A DNA stretch of 64,000 nucleotides from sequence record OQ471969.1, one strand, 5' to 3'. The stretch is from Acinetobacter phage vB_AbaM_ABMM1. The position numbers were made by a program, and so were the translations under genes. The notes below the pieces were generated by a model that worked only from the letters and a program-made list of their open reading frames with translations, did not search any database and had not been told where the DNA came from. How positions within the stretch are numbered: the stretch's first letter is position 1; every line of letters begins with the position of its first letter. Of the stretch, positions 9,575 to 19,600 are shown piece after piece.

Positions 9575-10870
9575 ATGAATATACTTGCTCTATCAAGTAC
9601 AGGTGAGCTATCCCTTGTAGCAGGGGACAGTCCATCACTCAAATTAGAATTTGATACATACAGTTATCTTGCAAGTGCAGAAATCAATGTGGCCTTTTTT
9701 GCGAAAGTTTCAAGCCCACGTGGACCTGCAGATATTTCTATGCGTTTAGAAATACGTGATGCGGTAACTGGTGACCAAATTGTTACTGTTCAGGGATTAG
9801 TAGATGGAGACATTGAAAATTCCGCTTCTATTGTCGCTGTAGCTGATGCGAAAGAATATTTCGAGCGATTTGATTTATCGTTAGGTATTGATGCGTTACA
9901 AGCAATTCTCAAATCTAATGCTTATAACGAATCAAATAGCTTAGGTCGTGCATCAAAAACGTTGGCATTGGAAGACGAATCGTTACCGTCATTTAATCCA
10001 GATGAACTATATAAAATTCTGACAAGCCAATTAAGCACACCAGCATATCTGACTTTACCAAATCCTCATGATTTACCAATTTATGTTGCGGCTCAACGTG
10101 CAGCTACAAAATTACGTATTCCTTTGGATGCTGAAATCAACCCAACTTTTACGGCTGAGCAAGCAGCTCAATTTGCGACAAGCGTAGATGCTCAATCACA
10201 GTTTGTTCAATTCATTTGGAGCCCGAACCTTTGCCGCCCATCTGATGCTGTCACGCTAAGAGGTCGTAAGGTACCAGCTTATTATTTGGGCCATTACATC
10301 GGCGATAAATTATTACGTAATGCAAAGTTAAATAAACAAGGCTTTGCGCCGTTAAAAAATGCAGTAGCTTGGAAAGATTATCCCTTTACAGCAAAAAACT
10401 TAAGCCAAATGCCGAATATTGATCTTGAAGATGAACAGACTCAAGAAATGTTGGCTAAGGCTAAAGTAAATGTAGTTCGCCCAGTTAAGTTTGAAACTAC
10501 ATTATTTGTATTAAGTGATGTGCTTACCCAATACCAAAGCAAAAATAGTGCTTTGCGTTTAGTTCCGGCCGCGGAGATTTCGGCTCGAGTTACGAATAAA
10601 TGTATCGAGATCCTACGGACTTATATGTTCCAAGCTACACCGGACTATATCAAAAAAGCTGGTGATGACATTCAAGAGTTTTTAGAGGGCGCTTCTAGTG
10701 AGACAACCGGTTGGTTACAACCGGCTGAAGATCTAGGGGGTAAACCTTTTGAGTTCAGTTTAATACCTGACAAAGACTATCCATATGAGCGTGTACGACT
10801 CTATTTAGCCCATGGAGTTGTTGGTACAACTCGTGCCGCAATTTTTGATGACGACGTTTTAATTAAATAA
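9575..10870 (+). CDS. hypothetical phage structural protein
   Basis: 431-aa ORF; no motif recognised. Confidence 0.35.
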   Translation: MNILALSSTGELSLVAGDSPSLKLEFDTYSYLASAEINVAFFAKVSSPRGPADISMRLEIRDAVTGDQIVTVQGLVDGDIENSASIVAVADAKEYFERFDLSLGIDALQAILKSNAYNESNSLGRASKTLALEDESLPSFNPDELYKILTSQLSTPAYLTLPNPHDLPIYVAAQRAATKLRIPLDAEINPTFTAEQAAQFATSVDAQSQFVQFIWSPNLCRPSDAVTLRGRKVPAYYLGHYIGDKLLRNAKLNKQGFAPLKNAVAWKDYPFTAKNLSQMPNIDLEDEQTQEMLAKAKVNVVRPVKFETTLFVLSDVLTQYQSKNSALRLVPAAEISARVTNKCIEILRTYMFQATPDYIKKAGDDIQEFLEGASSETTGWLQPAEDLGGKPFEFSLIPDKDYPYERVRLYLAHGVVGTTRAAIFDDDVLIK

Positions 10871-10888
10871 TTTTAAGGATCTATCAAG

Positions 10889-11656
10889 ATGAATCCATTC
10901 GGACCCACTACTGAAAAACCATTAACTTTACGTGCTTTTGATTCAGCAGCGGAGAATATTTCTACCGTTGTAAGTAAGGTTTCAAGTACTGATCGAGAAC
11001 AGCAATCTGTGATTGAACAAGTACGACAAATTGCTCTGAATATTCTATCCGATACGGTAGATACAATCAGTGAAGGTAAGCTTGAAGAAGGTGAACTGGG
11101 CGTTGATCATTTAGACGCATTAATTGTCGATGCATTAGATGGTGCAGATGATGAAGAAGGTATCTATGAAAACGCTTTGATGGCGTCTCTTTCCGATGCT
11201 TTCTTAACATTTGGCGTTGACGCTTCTGATATTGAAGAGATCTTTAGTGATGATACAGAAGTTGCTGATGCGGCGTTAGAAGCAGCAGCCAATACAGTTC
11301 TTGCTAATATGCCAGACGAAGGCCCTGAACTTGAAGAACTGGTTCGTGAGTTTATTTTCGGTGAAGCAGATGAAACTGAAGAAGGTTTCGATTCAATGGC
11401 TAAAAAAATTAAAGCTCGAAATGGAGCATTTAGCCAACGGAAAGTAAATGGGCGAAAAATTCACTACCGTGGTGTGCTGGCTATTCGTCAAGGTGTCAAA
11501 ACCGTTGTGAATAAACGATTACCTGGTCAAAAGGTCCGTTTAACTTCAGCACAAAAAGCTGGAATGAAAAAAGCTCGACTTCATGCTTTTACTGCAAATG
11601 CAATCAACAAGCGTTTACGTTCATTCAAAAAAGGTAAACGCTTAGGTATTTACTAA
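10889..11656 (+). CDS. acidic protein with strongly basic C-terminal tail (scaffold/internal-protein-like)
   Basis: The D/E-rich N-terminal 170 aa are followed by the K/R-rich tail KKIKARNG...KKGKRLGIY. Confidence 0.35.
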   Translation: MNPFGPTTEKPLTLRAFDSAAENISTVVSKVSSTDREQQSVIEQVRQIALNILSDTVDTISEGKLEEGELGVDHLDALIVDALDGADDEEGIYENALMASLSDAFLTFGVDASDIEEIFSDDTEVADAALEAAANTVLANMPDEGPELEELVREFIFGEADETEEGFDSMAKKIKARNGAFSQRKVNGRKIHYRGVLAIRQGVKTVVNKRLPGQKVRLTSAQKAGMKKARLHAFTANAINKRLRSFKKGKRLGIY

Positions 11657-11678
11657 TTACTCATAGGTAAGGTCATTT

Positions 11679-11996
11679 TTGGCTTTACCTATAATCCATT
11701 TAATTAAGGAAATACTCATGAATACAACTCAAATCATAGGTGAAGCGCCTGGTATTCAATATCAGAAAAAAACTGATAAAACAGAAATAAAGACCAATCA
11801 ATCATTAACTGACACAATTATTATTGGTCGTTTTATGCGTGGGCGTTTTGATGCACCGATGACAATACATAAGGGTAATATCCGTGGTGAACTTGGTTAT
11901 GAACCAAATAATCCTGATTATCGTTGTGTCCAAGATGCGCTAGATCGGGGTGTACCTTCATTACAGGTTCTGCGAGTACCACCAAATATTGGATAA
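11679..11996 (+). CDS. hypothetical protein; its 3' end is duplicated at 13741-13790
   Basis: 105-aa ORF ending ...RGVPSLQVLRVPPNIG. An identical 50-nt 3' end recurs at 13741-13790. Followed by a bidirectional terminator at ~12010-12035. Confidence 0.4.
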   Translation: MALPIIHLIKEILMNTTQIIGEAPGIQYQKKTDKTEIKTNQSLTDTIIIGRFMRGRFDAPMTIHKGNIRGELGYEPNNPDYRCVQDALDRGVPSLQVLRVPPNIG

Positions 11997-12081
11997 GTTC
12001 TAAAAAGAAAGCCAGCTGTATAGCTGGCTTTAATATAAGGGGAGTTCCAGTAGGAACGTCTTAATTTAATGATATGCCCTT

Positions 12082-12978
12082 TCAGTTCACAGGTTCAAAA
12101 GGAAAGCGTTTTAATACTTTGCCAAGCTCAAGTACTTCATCCTTATGAAGAAACTCCCATAGCCCATTAAACTTTTCGCGTAGTTGCACGACATTAATGG
12201 GCGTGTGGTGTAGAGAATATTGCTGTACTGAAAGAGCGCCGTTTTCCTGAATCGAAATCCAGAAGTTTTTCGGACCTTTGGGAGATTGATACTTTAGCTT
12301 CTCACCTACATGCTGTGCTATTTCATAAGCTAGCGGATTTTCTAATGCTGGATACCGTGCAGCGAGATTATCTACAAATTTTTCTAAACGTTTAAGTGTA
12401 TCTGTTTCGGTTGGGCCTAGCTCATGAAGTGGTATTGTCTCAAGATACTGCTTCGCATCATCAAAATGGATTGAAAGCAATTGGCTATATTTAGCAATTC
12501 CAAAGTGGCGATTATGACGTATCCACATAGAGGCTCTTAAACTTCGATCTTTTCCTGCACGACGATCGACGATTGCATGTAAAGCATGCTGTTGTTCAGG
12601 TGAGATAGCTTTTCTATGATTGATTACTTGGCCTTTTGTCCAGTAATTCCATAAGACATCATCACATTCGTTTTGGTACATGATGACAGTGTCACGAAGT
12701 TCAGGTTTTACTTTGTTAGGACTGATGGTGGTGAGCCAAGCAAGAAGTTTTCTTAGTGGTAGACAAACCATTTCCTGTAAGTCGCCAAGAGTAGGTATAA
12801 CGATTTTCGTTATACCCCATCGTTGAGGATTGGCATTCAGTTTTGCTAATTGAGACTGCCAAGCTAACCCCATACCCTCAACAATAGGCTTCATGGGTGT
12901 ATATGGCTGACCATCATGTTCCACCAAGTACAACTCAGCATTGTGGAAAGGTACGGTGATTTGAGTTAAAGTAGTCAT
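12082..12978 (-). CDS. ant: phage antirepressor (P22 AntA/AR N-terminal domain + KilA-C-like)
   Basis: The N-terminus ITVPFHNAELYLVEHDGQPYTPMKPIVEGMGLAWQSQ is paralogous to the 37123-38022 ORF. Confidence 0.7.
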   Translation of the reverse strand: MTTLTQITVPFHNAELYLVEHDGQPYTPMKPIVEGMGLAWQSQLAKLNANPQRWGITKIVIPTLGDLQEMVCLPLRKLLAWLTTISPNKVKPELRDTVIMYQNECDDVLWNYWTKGQVINHRKAISPEQQHALHAIVDRRAGKDRSLRASMWIRHNRHFGIAKYSQLLSIHFDDAKQYLETIPLHELGPTETDTLKRLEKFVDNLAARYPALENPLAYEIAQHVGEKLKYQSPKGPKNFWISIQENGALSVQQYSLHHTPINVVQLREKFNGLWEFLHKDEVLELGKVLKRFPFEPVN

Positions 12979-13181
12979 GTCTAATTTCCTCTTAGAGATT
13001 GGATATAACCCCTTGTTTACTTTGATCGGTACAAGGGGTTCTTTTTATCAAGACCATATCCTGTCCTGATGAGTTAAATATAACAACTATTAAATATAAT
13101 AGCAATTACGAGTATTAATAAAATTATATTTAATAGCAATTGTTCTTGTGATACACTGAACTAAATATTTTTTGGTATATC

Positions 13182-13436
13182 GTGATGGTTGAAAAAAACA
13201 ATGTCGCAACTTTGCGAGAGCAAGCTGGTATGACAGTTTATCAATTAGCTAAACAATGCGGATTTATATCAAATAATCATGTGCTTAATAGGTATATAAA
13301 AGATGCAGAAGCAGGAAAACACATCAGTGTTTATCGTGCCTTACTCATTTACACCGAACTAAAAAAAGCTGGTGTATGCGAGAAGTTTGAAGATGTCTTT
13401 TGGCTTGAATGTGATGATAAAGATATCGAAAACTAA
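13182..13436 (+). CDS. small HTH regulator divergent from ant (Mnt/Arc-position analogue)
   Basis: 84 aa, paralogous to 38224-38472, with the same C-terminus AGVCEKFEDVFWLECDDKDIEN. Confidence 0.55.
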   Translation: MMVEKNNVATLREQAGMTVYQLAKQCGFISNNHVLNRYIKDAEAGKHISVYRALLIYTELKKAGVCEKFEDVFWLECDDKDIEN

Positions 13437-13525
13437 AATATTTTTCTTGTGGAGTTGGAACTAACTAACTTCTAAGCTTTCCTCATTGTAAATAATGGCT
13501 TTATTCAATGAATAGGGTCATTATT

Positions 13526-13657
13526 ATGTCCAAAGCTTTAGCTTATGCACCGGCAGTAAATACAGCTAGAACAAAGTTGCCCAGTACTGAATCAGATCCT
13601 TTCTATTTTAGGCACATTACAAGAAAATCAGTTATTATGAAAATCATAACAACTTGA
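13526..13657 (+). pseudogene. truncated 5' remnant of a homologue of the 38560-39354 gene
   Basis: Encodes MSKALAYAPAVNTARTKLPSTESDPFY, near-identical to the N-terminus of the 264-aa protein at 38560, then diverges and stops after 43 codons. Confidence 0.6.
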
Positions 13658-13689
13658 TTAACTATTTGTTTTAACTTAACAAACTGAGA

Positions 13690-13790
13690 AGCCCAATCTA
13701 AGCCAATGCCATCAACGATATGCTTCATGGGTGTGTATCGGGGTGTACCTTCAGTACAGGTTCTGCGAGTACCACCAAATATTGGATAAA
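13690..13790. repeat. recombination-junction remnant: inverted ant 5' fragment fused to a copy of the 3' end of ORF 11679-11996
   Basis: 13700-13740 resembles the reverse complement of 12870-12915 (ant start region). 13741-13790 is identical to 11946-11996 and is followed by its own terminator at 13792-13825. Confidence 0.55.
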
Positions 13791-13969
13791 AAGCTGATTT
13801 AAAAAGCTACCTTTTAGGGTGGCTTTTTTATTAAGACCTATTAAGTGGTTGTTAAACAGGTCTTGAAACAGATCTTCAAATTGTTTATATTGAGTTAACC
13901 CTGTAGCAAACTTAACTTTCTGAGGACGGTTCTAATCAATTGGCTACAAATTGATGTAGGACACATCAA

Positions 13970-14257
13970 ATGAGAAACGTCATGAACCACATAATCCATA
14001 GTCGATTTGTGGCTAGTGTTTCTGAATTAAAAAAGAATCCTACAGCAGTTGTACAAAATGCTTTTGGCGAAGCAGTAGCTATTCTGAATAGAAATAATCC
14101 AGAATTCTACTGTGTTCCGGCAGCAATGTATGAACGCATGATGGATCTAATTGAAGATCAGGAACTAATTAAACTAGCCGAGCAAGTTGATACTGACGAA
14201 ACTGTGAAGGTATCTATTAATGAGTTACGAGCTAGAGTTCTCAAAAACAGCTCTTAA
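13970..14257 (+). CDS. Phd/YefM-family antitoxin
   Basis: Shows ...AFGEAVAILNRNNPEFYCVPAAMYERMMDLIED; overlaps the toxin gene by 38 nt. Confidence 0.65.
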   Translation: MRNVMNHIIHSRFVASVSELKKNPTAVVQNAFGEAVAILNRNNPEFYCVPAAMYERMMDLIEDQELIKLAEQVDTDETVKVSINELRARVLKNSS

Positions 14258-14486
14258 AAAGTTTGACAAACTTAACCCACAAATCGCTGAGCAGTTTATT
14301 CGTAAGCTGGAAGCAATCCTAGATAACCCTAAGATACCGAAGAATAAGCTGAGAGGATCAGTTGATCTATATAAGATTAAACTGAAATCAGCAGGATACC
14401 GCCTTTTATATCAAGTCAAGGATGATGTAGTCGTAGTTCTTGTTCTTGATGTAGATAGGCGAGATGTTATCTATAAACAGATGTGA
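14220..14486 (+). CDS. RelE/ParE-family toxin
   Basis: 88 aa showing FSKTALKKFDKLNPQIAEQFIRKLEAI...YRLLYQVKDDVVVVLVLDVDRRDVIY; terminator at 14490-14511. Confidence 0.75.
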   Translation: MSYELEFSKTALKKFDKLNPQIAEQFIRKLEAILDNPKIPKNKLRGSVDLYKIKLKSAGYRLLYQVKDDVVVVLVLDVDRRDVIYKQM

Positions 14487-14597
14487 TATAGCCCGCTTTT
14501 GCGGGTTTTTTATTAATATAAAGTCAGTTTTCTAAAATGGAACTGATTAAAAACCAATAGCAAAAACATCCTTAATCTTGTTGCATAAATCTGCATT

Positions 14598-15257
14598 TTG
14601 AGCATCAAAATTATGCAACAATCTAATCCGATTTTACTAAATCAGCTTAAACAAGATTACATTGCTCTACAGCAACTTGGTTCACCATTATTAGCGTGTC
14701 AGGGGATGTTTGTTCCTCGTGGCATGGAAGACCTTCGCTTCTTATTTAAAAGTTGCCCACGGCCAATTGTGAGTAATGAAGATCCAGCAGAAGTTCAATA
14801 TGCGGGTGGATTTACTGGAATTGTTGCTGGTCCCCCGAAAACCCATTACACAGGCAACCTTCAAATCCTAGTAACTGAAGCAGGGCATGATCAACTATTA
14901 GCTGAATATGTCGTAGCTAGTGGTGGAATCATCCATGGTGATTATTACGATGGCCGTTTAGGTAGTTTTACCCGTTCTTATGCACTTGAAAACTGTGCTA
15001 TACGCTTTGAGTCAGCTGAGTATGATTCAGATAGCCGATCTCAAGTTATGACAGTTTCTTGCCCAATCGACTATAACTACTTTGGTAGCTTCGCAAACAT
15101 TGGTACCAACGGCAGTATTCAGCCGGGTAAAAAAGAAATTGATGGTACAGCTGAACTTGTGAATCGCGTTCAGCAGGTAATCAATACTGCTCAACAAGCT
15201 GTACGCAACTCAACGATTAATGCGACATCACGTACATTAGGCAATCTTTTCGGGTAA
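14598..15257 (+). CDS. putative tail/baseplate protein
   Basis: First gene of a co-oriented operon ending in the giant spike; the start codon of the next gene overlaps its stop. Confidence 0.35.
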   Translation: MSIKIMQQSNPILLNQLKQDYIALQQLGSPLLACQGMFVPRGMEDLRFLFKSCPRPIVSNEDPAEVQYAGGFTGIVAGPPKTHYTGNLQILVTEAGHDQLLAEYVVASGGIIHGDYYDGRLGSFTRSYALENCAIRFESAEYDSDSRSQVMTVSCPIDYNYFGSFANIGTNGSIQPGKKEIDGTAELVNRVQQVINTAQQAVRNSTINATSRTLGNLFG

Positions 15258-15706
15258 TGGCTATGAAGTTATTACCTGAATCTGAAGGGTATGCTGTAGT
15301 TGCTGGTTCTATCCAGCAACTTTCAGAAGAACTCTATAAAGAATATCAATTATCGGGCTATTCAATTTTGCTTGATGATATCGTGAAAGCATTTTTAGAT
15401 GAGGCAAAATATTATGCCGGATGGGCTGTTTTAGATTGTCAAACTAAAGCTACCACGAGTATTGAACTGAATGAAACTATCGAACTTAGCGGTGATGAGT
15501 ACGTAATCATCCAACCTTTAGTAAAAGCTCACTGTGATCTTTTGCAAGCTAGATTGGTTGAAGCTACTCGTGGGCTCGGAGTCGAAAGTTATGGGCTATC
15601 TGTATCAGAAGCTCAACAGAACTATAATGAAAAGAAAGACGCTTTGCCTAAACTTGCGTTTTGTATGGCCCCAATGAGTTTTAATTTTAACTTGGGGAAC
15701 CGTTAA
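15257..15706 (+). CDS. putative baseplate/tail protein
   Basis: 149-aa ORF, translationally coupled (ATGA/TAATG overlaps). Confidence 0.35.
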   Translation: MAMKLLPESEGYAVVAGSIQQLSEELYKEYQLSGYSILLDDIVKAFLDEAKYYAGWAVLDCQTKATTSIELNETIELSGDEYVIIQPLVKAHCDLLQARLVEATRGLGVESYGLSVSEAQQNYNEKKDALPKLAFCMAPMSFNFNLGNR

Positions 15707-16599
15707 TGCAAATCACCATTGTATCTGCGGGTAAAATTATTCCAGCGTCTGAGCTGATTAGTGCAACTTTAAGAACTGATCTCGTACCTATTCCCGCATC
15801 TATTGAGTTCACAGTTCAATCTACTACTGAATTAGACTCCCTTTTAAAAGAAGGGGAGCTACTTACTGTAAATGACATATCTCATCCTTTCGAACTTATC
15901 AAAGTTACCCCTCTAAAAACTCAGACTATTAAACAAGATCGGCGAGTAGGTGGCATCTCATGTATTGGTATTTTGGCTGGTTGTAAAAGACTTATCGAAT
16001 ATTCAAAGCAAGCAATTATTAGTAATGAAACTTCTTTTAATTCAGTAATTCGAGCTTGTGGTGCAACGATCAGTCTGGGCAGTGATTTACCTTTGCCTAA
16101 ATTTGTTTGTTTAAAGGGTAGTATGCCTACACAGCGCTTGGCTCATTATCTTCAGCAAGAAGCGGCAGTAATTTGCTTTCAAAATAATAAAGTGTCTGCT
16201 CAAAAAATTGATTCTTTTTTCAAAAAGGAACCAGTCACAAAACTAGATCCTAGCAGTGTCGTTTGGATATCCAGTAAACCTTTGGAACTGATGCAAAAAT
16301 CATCTTTCGTGACCGTGGAGAATAACGGTTCAACGGTTGTTGGTGATGACTCAATAACCCCAGGCCACACTGTTACGCAAAGAGCTGGTTTAGATGCCCG
16401 ACAAGTTAAAAACTTAGAAAAAGTTTTGATCTTGCGGGGAACCATAATCAGGCCGCTAAATTTGAATTGGAATGCGGGCGATATATTCGAAATTGATAGT
16501 AAGAAGTATATCGTTTTAACAGCTGCACATCATATAGATACAGGCGCAATCGGGGGATCAATGGGGACTTCATCAAAGTTCTGGATTGCTAATTTGTAG
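15706..16599 (+). CDS. putative baseplate hub / tail-tip protein
   Basis: 297 aa immediately upstream of the gpV-like spike gene. Confidence 0.35.
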   Translation: MQITIVSAGKIIPASELISATLRTDLVPIPASIEFTVQSTTELDSLLKEGELLTVNDISHPFELIKVTPLKTQTIKQDRRVGGISCIGILAGCKRLIEYSKQAIISNETSFNSVIRACGATISLGSDLPLPKFVCLKGSMPTQRLAHYLQQEAAVICFQNNKVSAQKIDSFFKKEPVTKLDPSSVVWISSKPLELMQKSSFVTVENNGSTVVGDDSITPGHTVTQRAGLDARQVKNLEKVLILRGTIIRPLNLNWNAGDIFEIDSKKYIVLTAAHHIDTGAIGGSMGTSSKFWIANL

Positions 16600-16608
16600 G
16601 TCAAATAT

Positions 16609-19600
16609 ATGAATGGTTATAAACGTGCAAAGATTTTAAGTTACAACGCAAAAGGTCGTACTGCACAAGTACACATTCATGGTTTAACTGATGGCGCGAG
16701 TGAAGGCATTACTGCAACTTTTGCCTATCCAGTCGGTGATAGTGATTTAGATACAGAAATTCAAATTGTGGATGGGGAAGACGTCTATGTCTTCTTTGAA
16801 AACGGCAATGAAGAACGTCCAGTAATCCATAGTTATGTCAGTCACGGAGACGGCGCAATTGTAGGTGTGCGCCGTATTCGACAAGACAATATTGAATTTA
16901 TCTCTAAAGAAAATTTAAAAGTAGATTCTGGCACAACTGTATCTATTAAAACGCCGTTGATGAATGTGCAAGCTAATACACAACAAACTGGTAATAGCAC
17001 ATTAACGGGAAATAGTACTGTAGTAGGTAATACTTCAGTTGCAGGAAATAGTTCTGTTGCAGGCAGTATGGCTGTTGGCACAACACTTACGGTTGCAGGT
17101 GTGCCTATTGACCCTAAAGCTATTGAGGGTGCATTTAAAGACGCTCTTAATAAGTTAGAGAGTTTAAAAGAAGACTTAAAAGAACAAGGCGAAAAAATTG
17201 ATGAAAACAAAGATCAGATAAGCCAAGAAATTGATGAAAAAATAAAAGAAGTAGAAGAGTTAATTGATAATATTAAAGATTCTGATGCCTATAAATTGCT
17301 TGAAGAAGGTATTAATCACATTGATGAAGAGGTGCAAAAAATACATGACCAAGTAAAAGAAGTAGGTCAGATTGCACAAAATAAAGTTGATGAAATTCGG
17401 GCTTATATTGATCAAGAAATTATCGATACCAAACTGATTGTTGAACAGCATGCAAATGATGCAAATATTCGTTTGGATGAAGCCAATAAACGTATTGATC
17501 AATCAATTCTGGCAAATGAAGAGTTGGTAGCTGATGCTCAACAACGGGCAATCCGCGCTGAGAAAGAACTCGATGACAAAATTGGTTTCATCAAGAGAGA
17601 AACGGATTCTATTATTGCTGATGTTAGAAGTGATTCTGATGAAATTCGCTTGGTCGCAGAAAACGCGAAAAAAGTTGCAGACCAAGAAGTTCTAGACCGT
17701 AAAAAGCAAGCAGCTGACACTCTTATTGTTATTGATCAAACAAAGGCCGCTTTAAAACAAGATATTGATCAAAACTTAGTTAAAGCTGGTCAAATGATTG
17801 ATGATGCTAAATTAGCATTAGGTGAAGAAACTAATACCCTCATTAATCAAAAAATTGAACCAATAGTTAGCAAAACTGAAGCTGCAGTTAAAAAAGTAGA
17901 TGAATTTGCAGCTCAGTATGTTGAGCTTGATAAGAAAGTCGATTCTGGTTTTCTAGCTGAAGCTGAAGCACGTGCAAATGATAAAGAGGCTTTAACTCAA
18001 AGTTTTGAGCTTAAGTTTGCTGAAATGCAAAACGAATTGGGTAAATCAAATGCCTTAATTTCAGAAGAATCTAAAACTCGTGCAGCTCAAGACAAAGCAA
18101 TTACTGAACAAATTAGTATTGCTCAATCTCAAATTGGTGATAACAAAGCTGCCATTAATAGTGTTGAACGAACTGTAGTTGACCTTACCAAATCTGTGGC
18201 TGAAAAAACTGACCAAATACAGGCCAGTTTAGACACAACAAATGCAAGTTTATTAAGTGCTAATGAGTTAGCGCGGATGCAATCACTTGGTAAACCTTTA
18301 CGTGATGATCCGACGTTTCTTTCTGGTAATGGGGGATTAAGTGCCTATGTGGTACCAGCAGGCTCAACACTAACTCGACAAGCCAAATCTACGGATAACC
18401 CCGTAAATAGTACCCATGAGATGCTTTTAAGATCTACATCATCTTTAGGTGGTGGTTGGTATCCAACTGTTCCTACACTTGTAGCTGCGCCTAATAAAAC
18501 CTTTTTAATAAAACAAATTATTAAAATGCCAAAAGGGACTTATTTATTACCAGTTGGCAATGCTACAGGTACAGGTGGTTATTTACGAGTACTTGGAAAT
18601 AAAGAAGGTACTGGCAAGTTTGAGGTTTATTACTCTGTTGTTCAGTGTGGCTATGATGCACCAGCAGCTATTCATGGGCATTTTCGTGTATTAGCTGGCA
18701 CTAATCCACCTTTACCAAGCACTTCAAGCCCAGTTGATGTAATCCTTGCTGATTATGAGGTCTGGGACATTACAGCACTAAATGACACCATCCCTAAAGC
18801 ATGGCGTGATCAAATTACTGGTAATGCCTCATATATCGAAAAGGTTGAATCATCTGTAAAACTTGTTGATGAGAAACTTGTTTCAGAAGCAAAAAAACTT
18901 GAAGAACTAAAGACTGACTATAATTCAAATAAAACTAAAACAACGTCTGATTTAGCGACAATTACTCAGTCAGTTTCTGATGGGGATAAAGCCTTATCAT
19001 TACGTATCGACCAAACAAAAGCAGCTCTGGAAGAAGCAGATCGTCAGTCGAATTCAAATATTCTAGAAGTTACTGAGTCACTAGCTGAATTTGAACAGTC
19101 TACCACGACGAAATTTACAGAACTTGATACAAGTATCTCGAAAGAAAATTTGAAGGTACAAGGTCAGATTGTAGATGTCCAAAAAAGTATATCTACCTTA
19201 GAAAGTAATACAAACACTAAAATATCTGGCCTTTCTTCTTCACTTAAAACTACTGATGATATTGCTAAACTAGCTTTCGATAATGCAGCCGAAGCGCAGC
19301 AAACTGGTACAACAGCGGTAAAAGCAACTGAAGCACTTTCTCAAAATTTATTAAGTCTCAAGTCTCAAACTCAAGTGACTACTGGTGTGAGGGCAGTAGT
19401 AACAGCAAAAGGAATTGATGACTGGTCAACTTGGCGAGCTACAGGTGAAGCTAAAGTACTTCAAGATTCTGATGCATTTGGCGGTTATATTCTTGAGCTT
19501 GGTAATAATGCTGGCAATGATGAAGCTTGGGTTCATTGGAAAGAATTAGTAAAAATTAATCCAGATACGCTTTATCGGGTGCGTGCACGTTTCCGTCGTG

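Larger units (their letters stand above)
12005..13657. repeat. diverged direct repeat, copy 1, of an antirepressor module (terminator + ant + divergent small HTH gene + 5' end of downstream gene)
   Basis: Colinear with 37060-38700. Identical stretches include the terminator-flank GGGGAGTTC..TCTTAA..TAAT.ATATGCCC, the last ~60 nt of the small HTH ORF, and ATGTCCAAAGCTTTAGCTTATGCACC. Confidence 0.7.
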
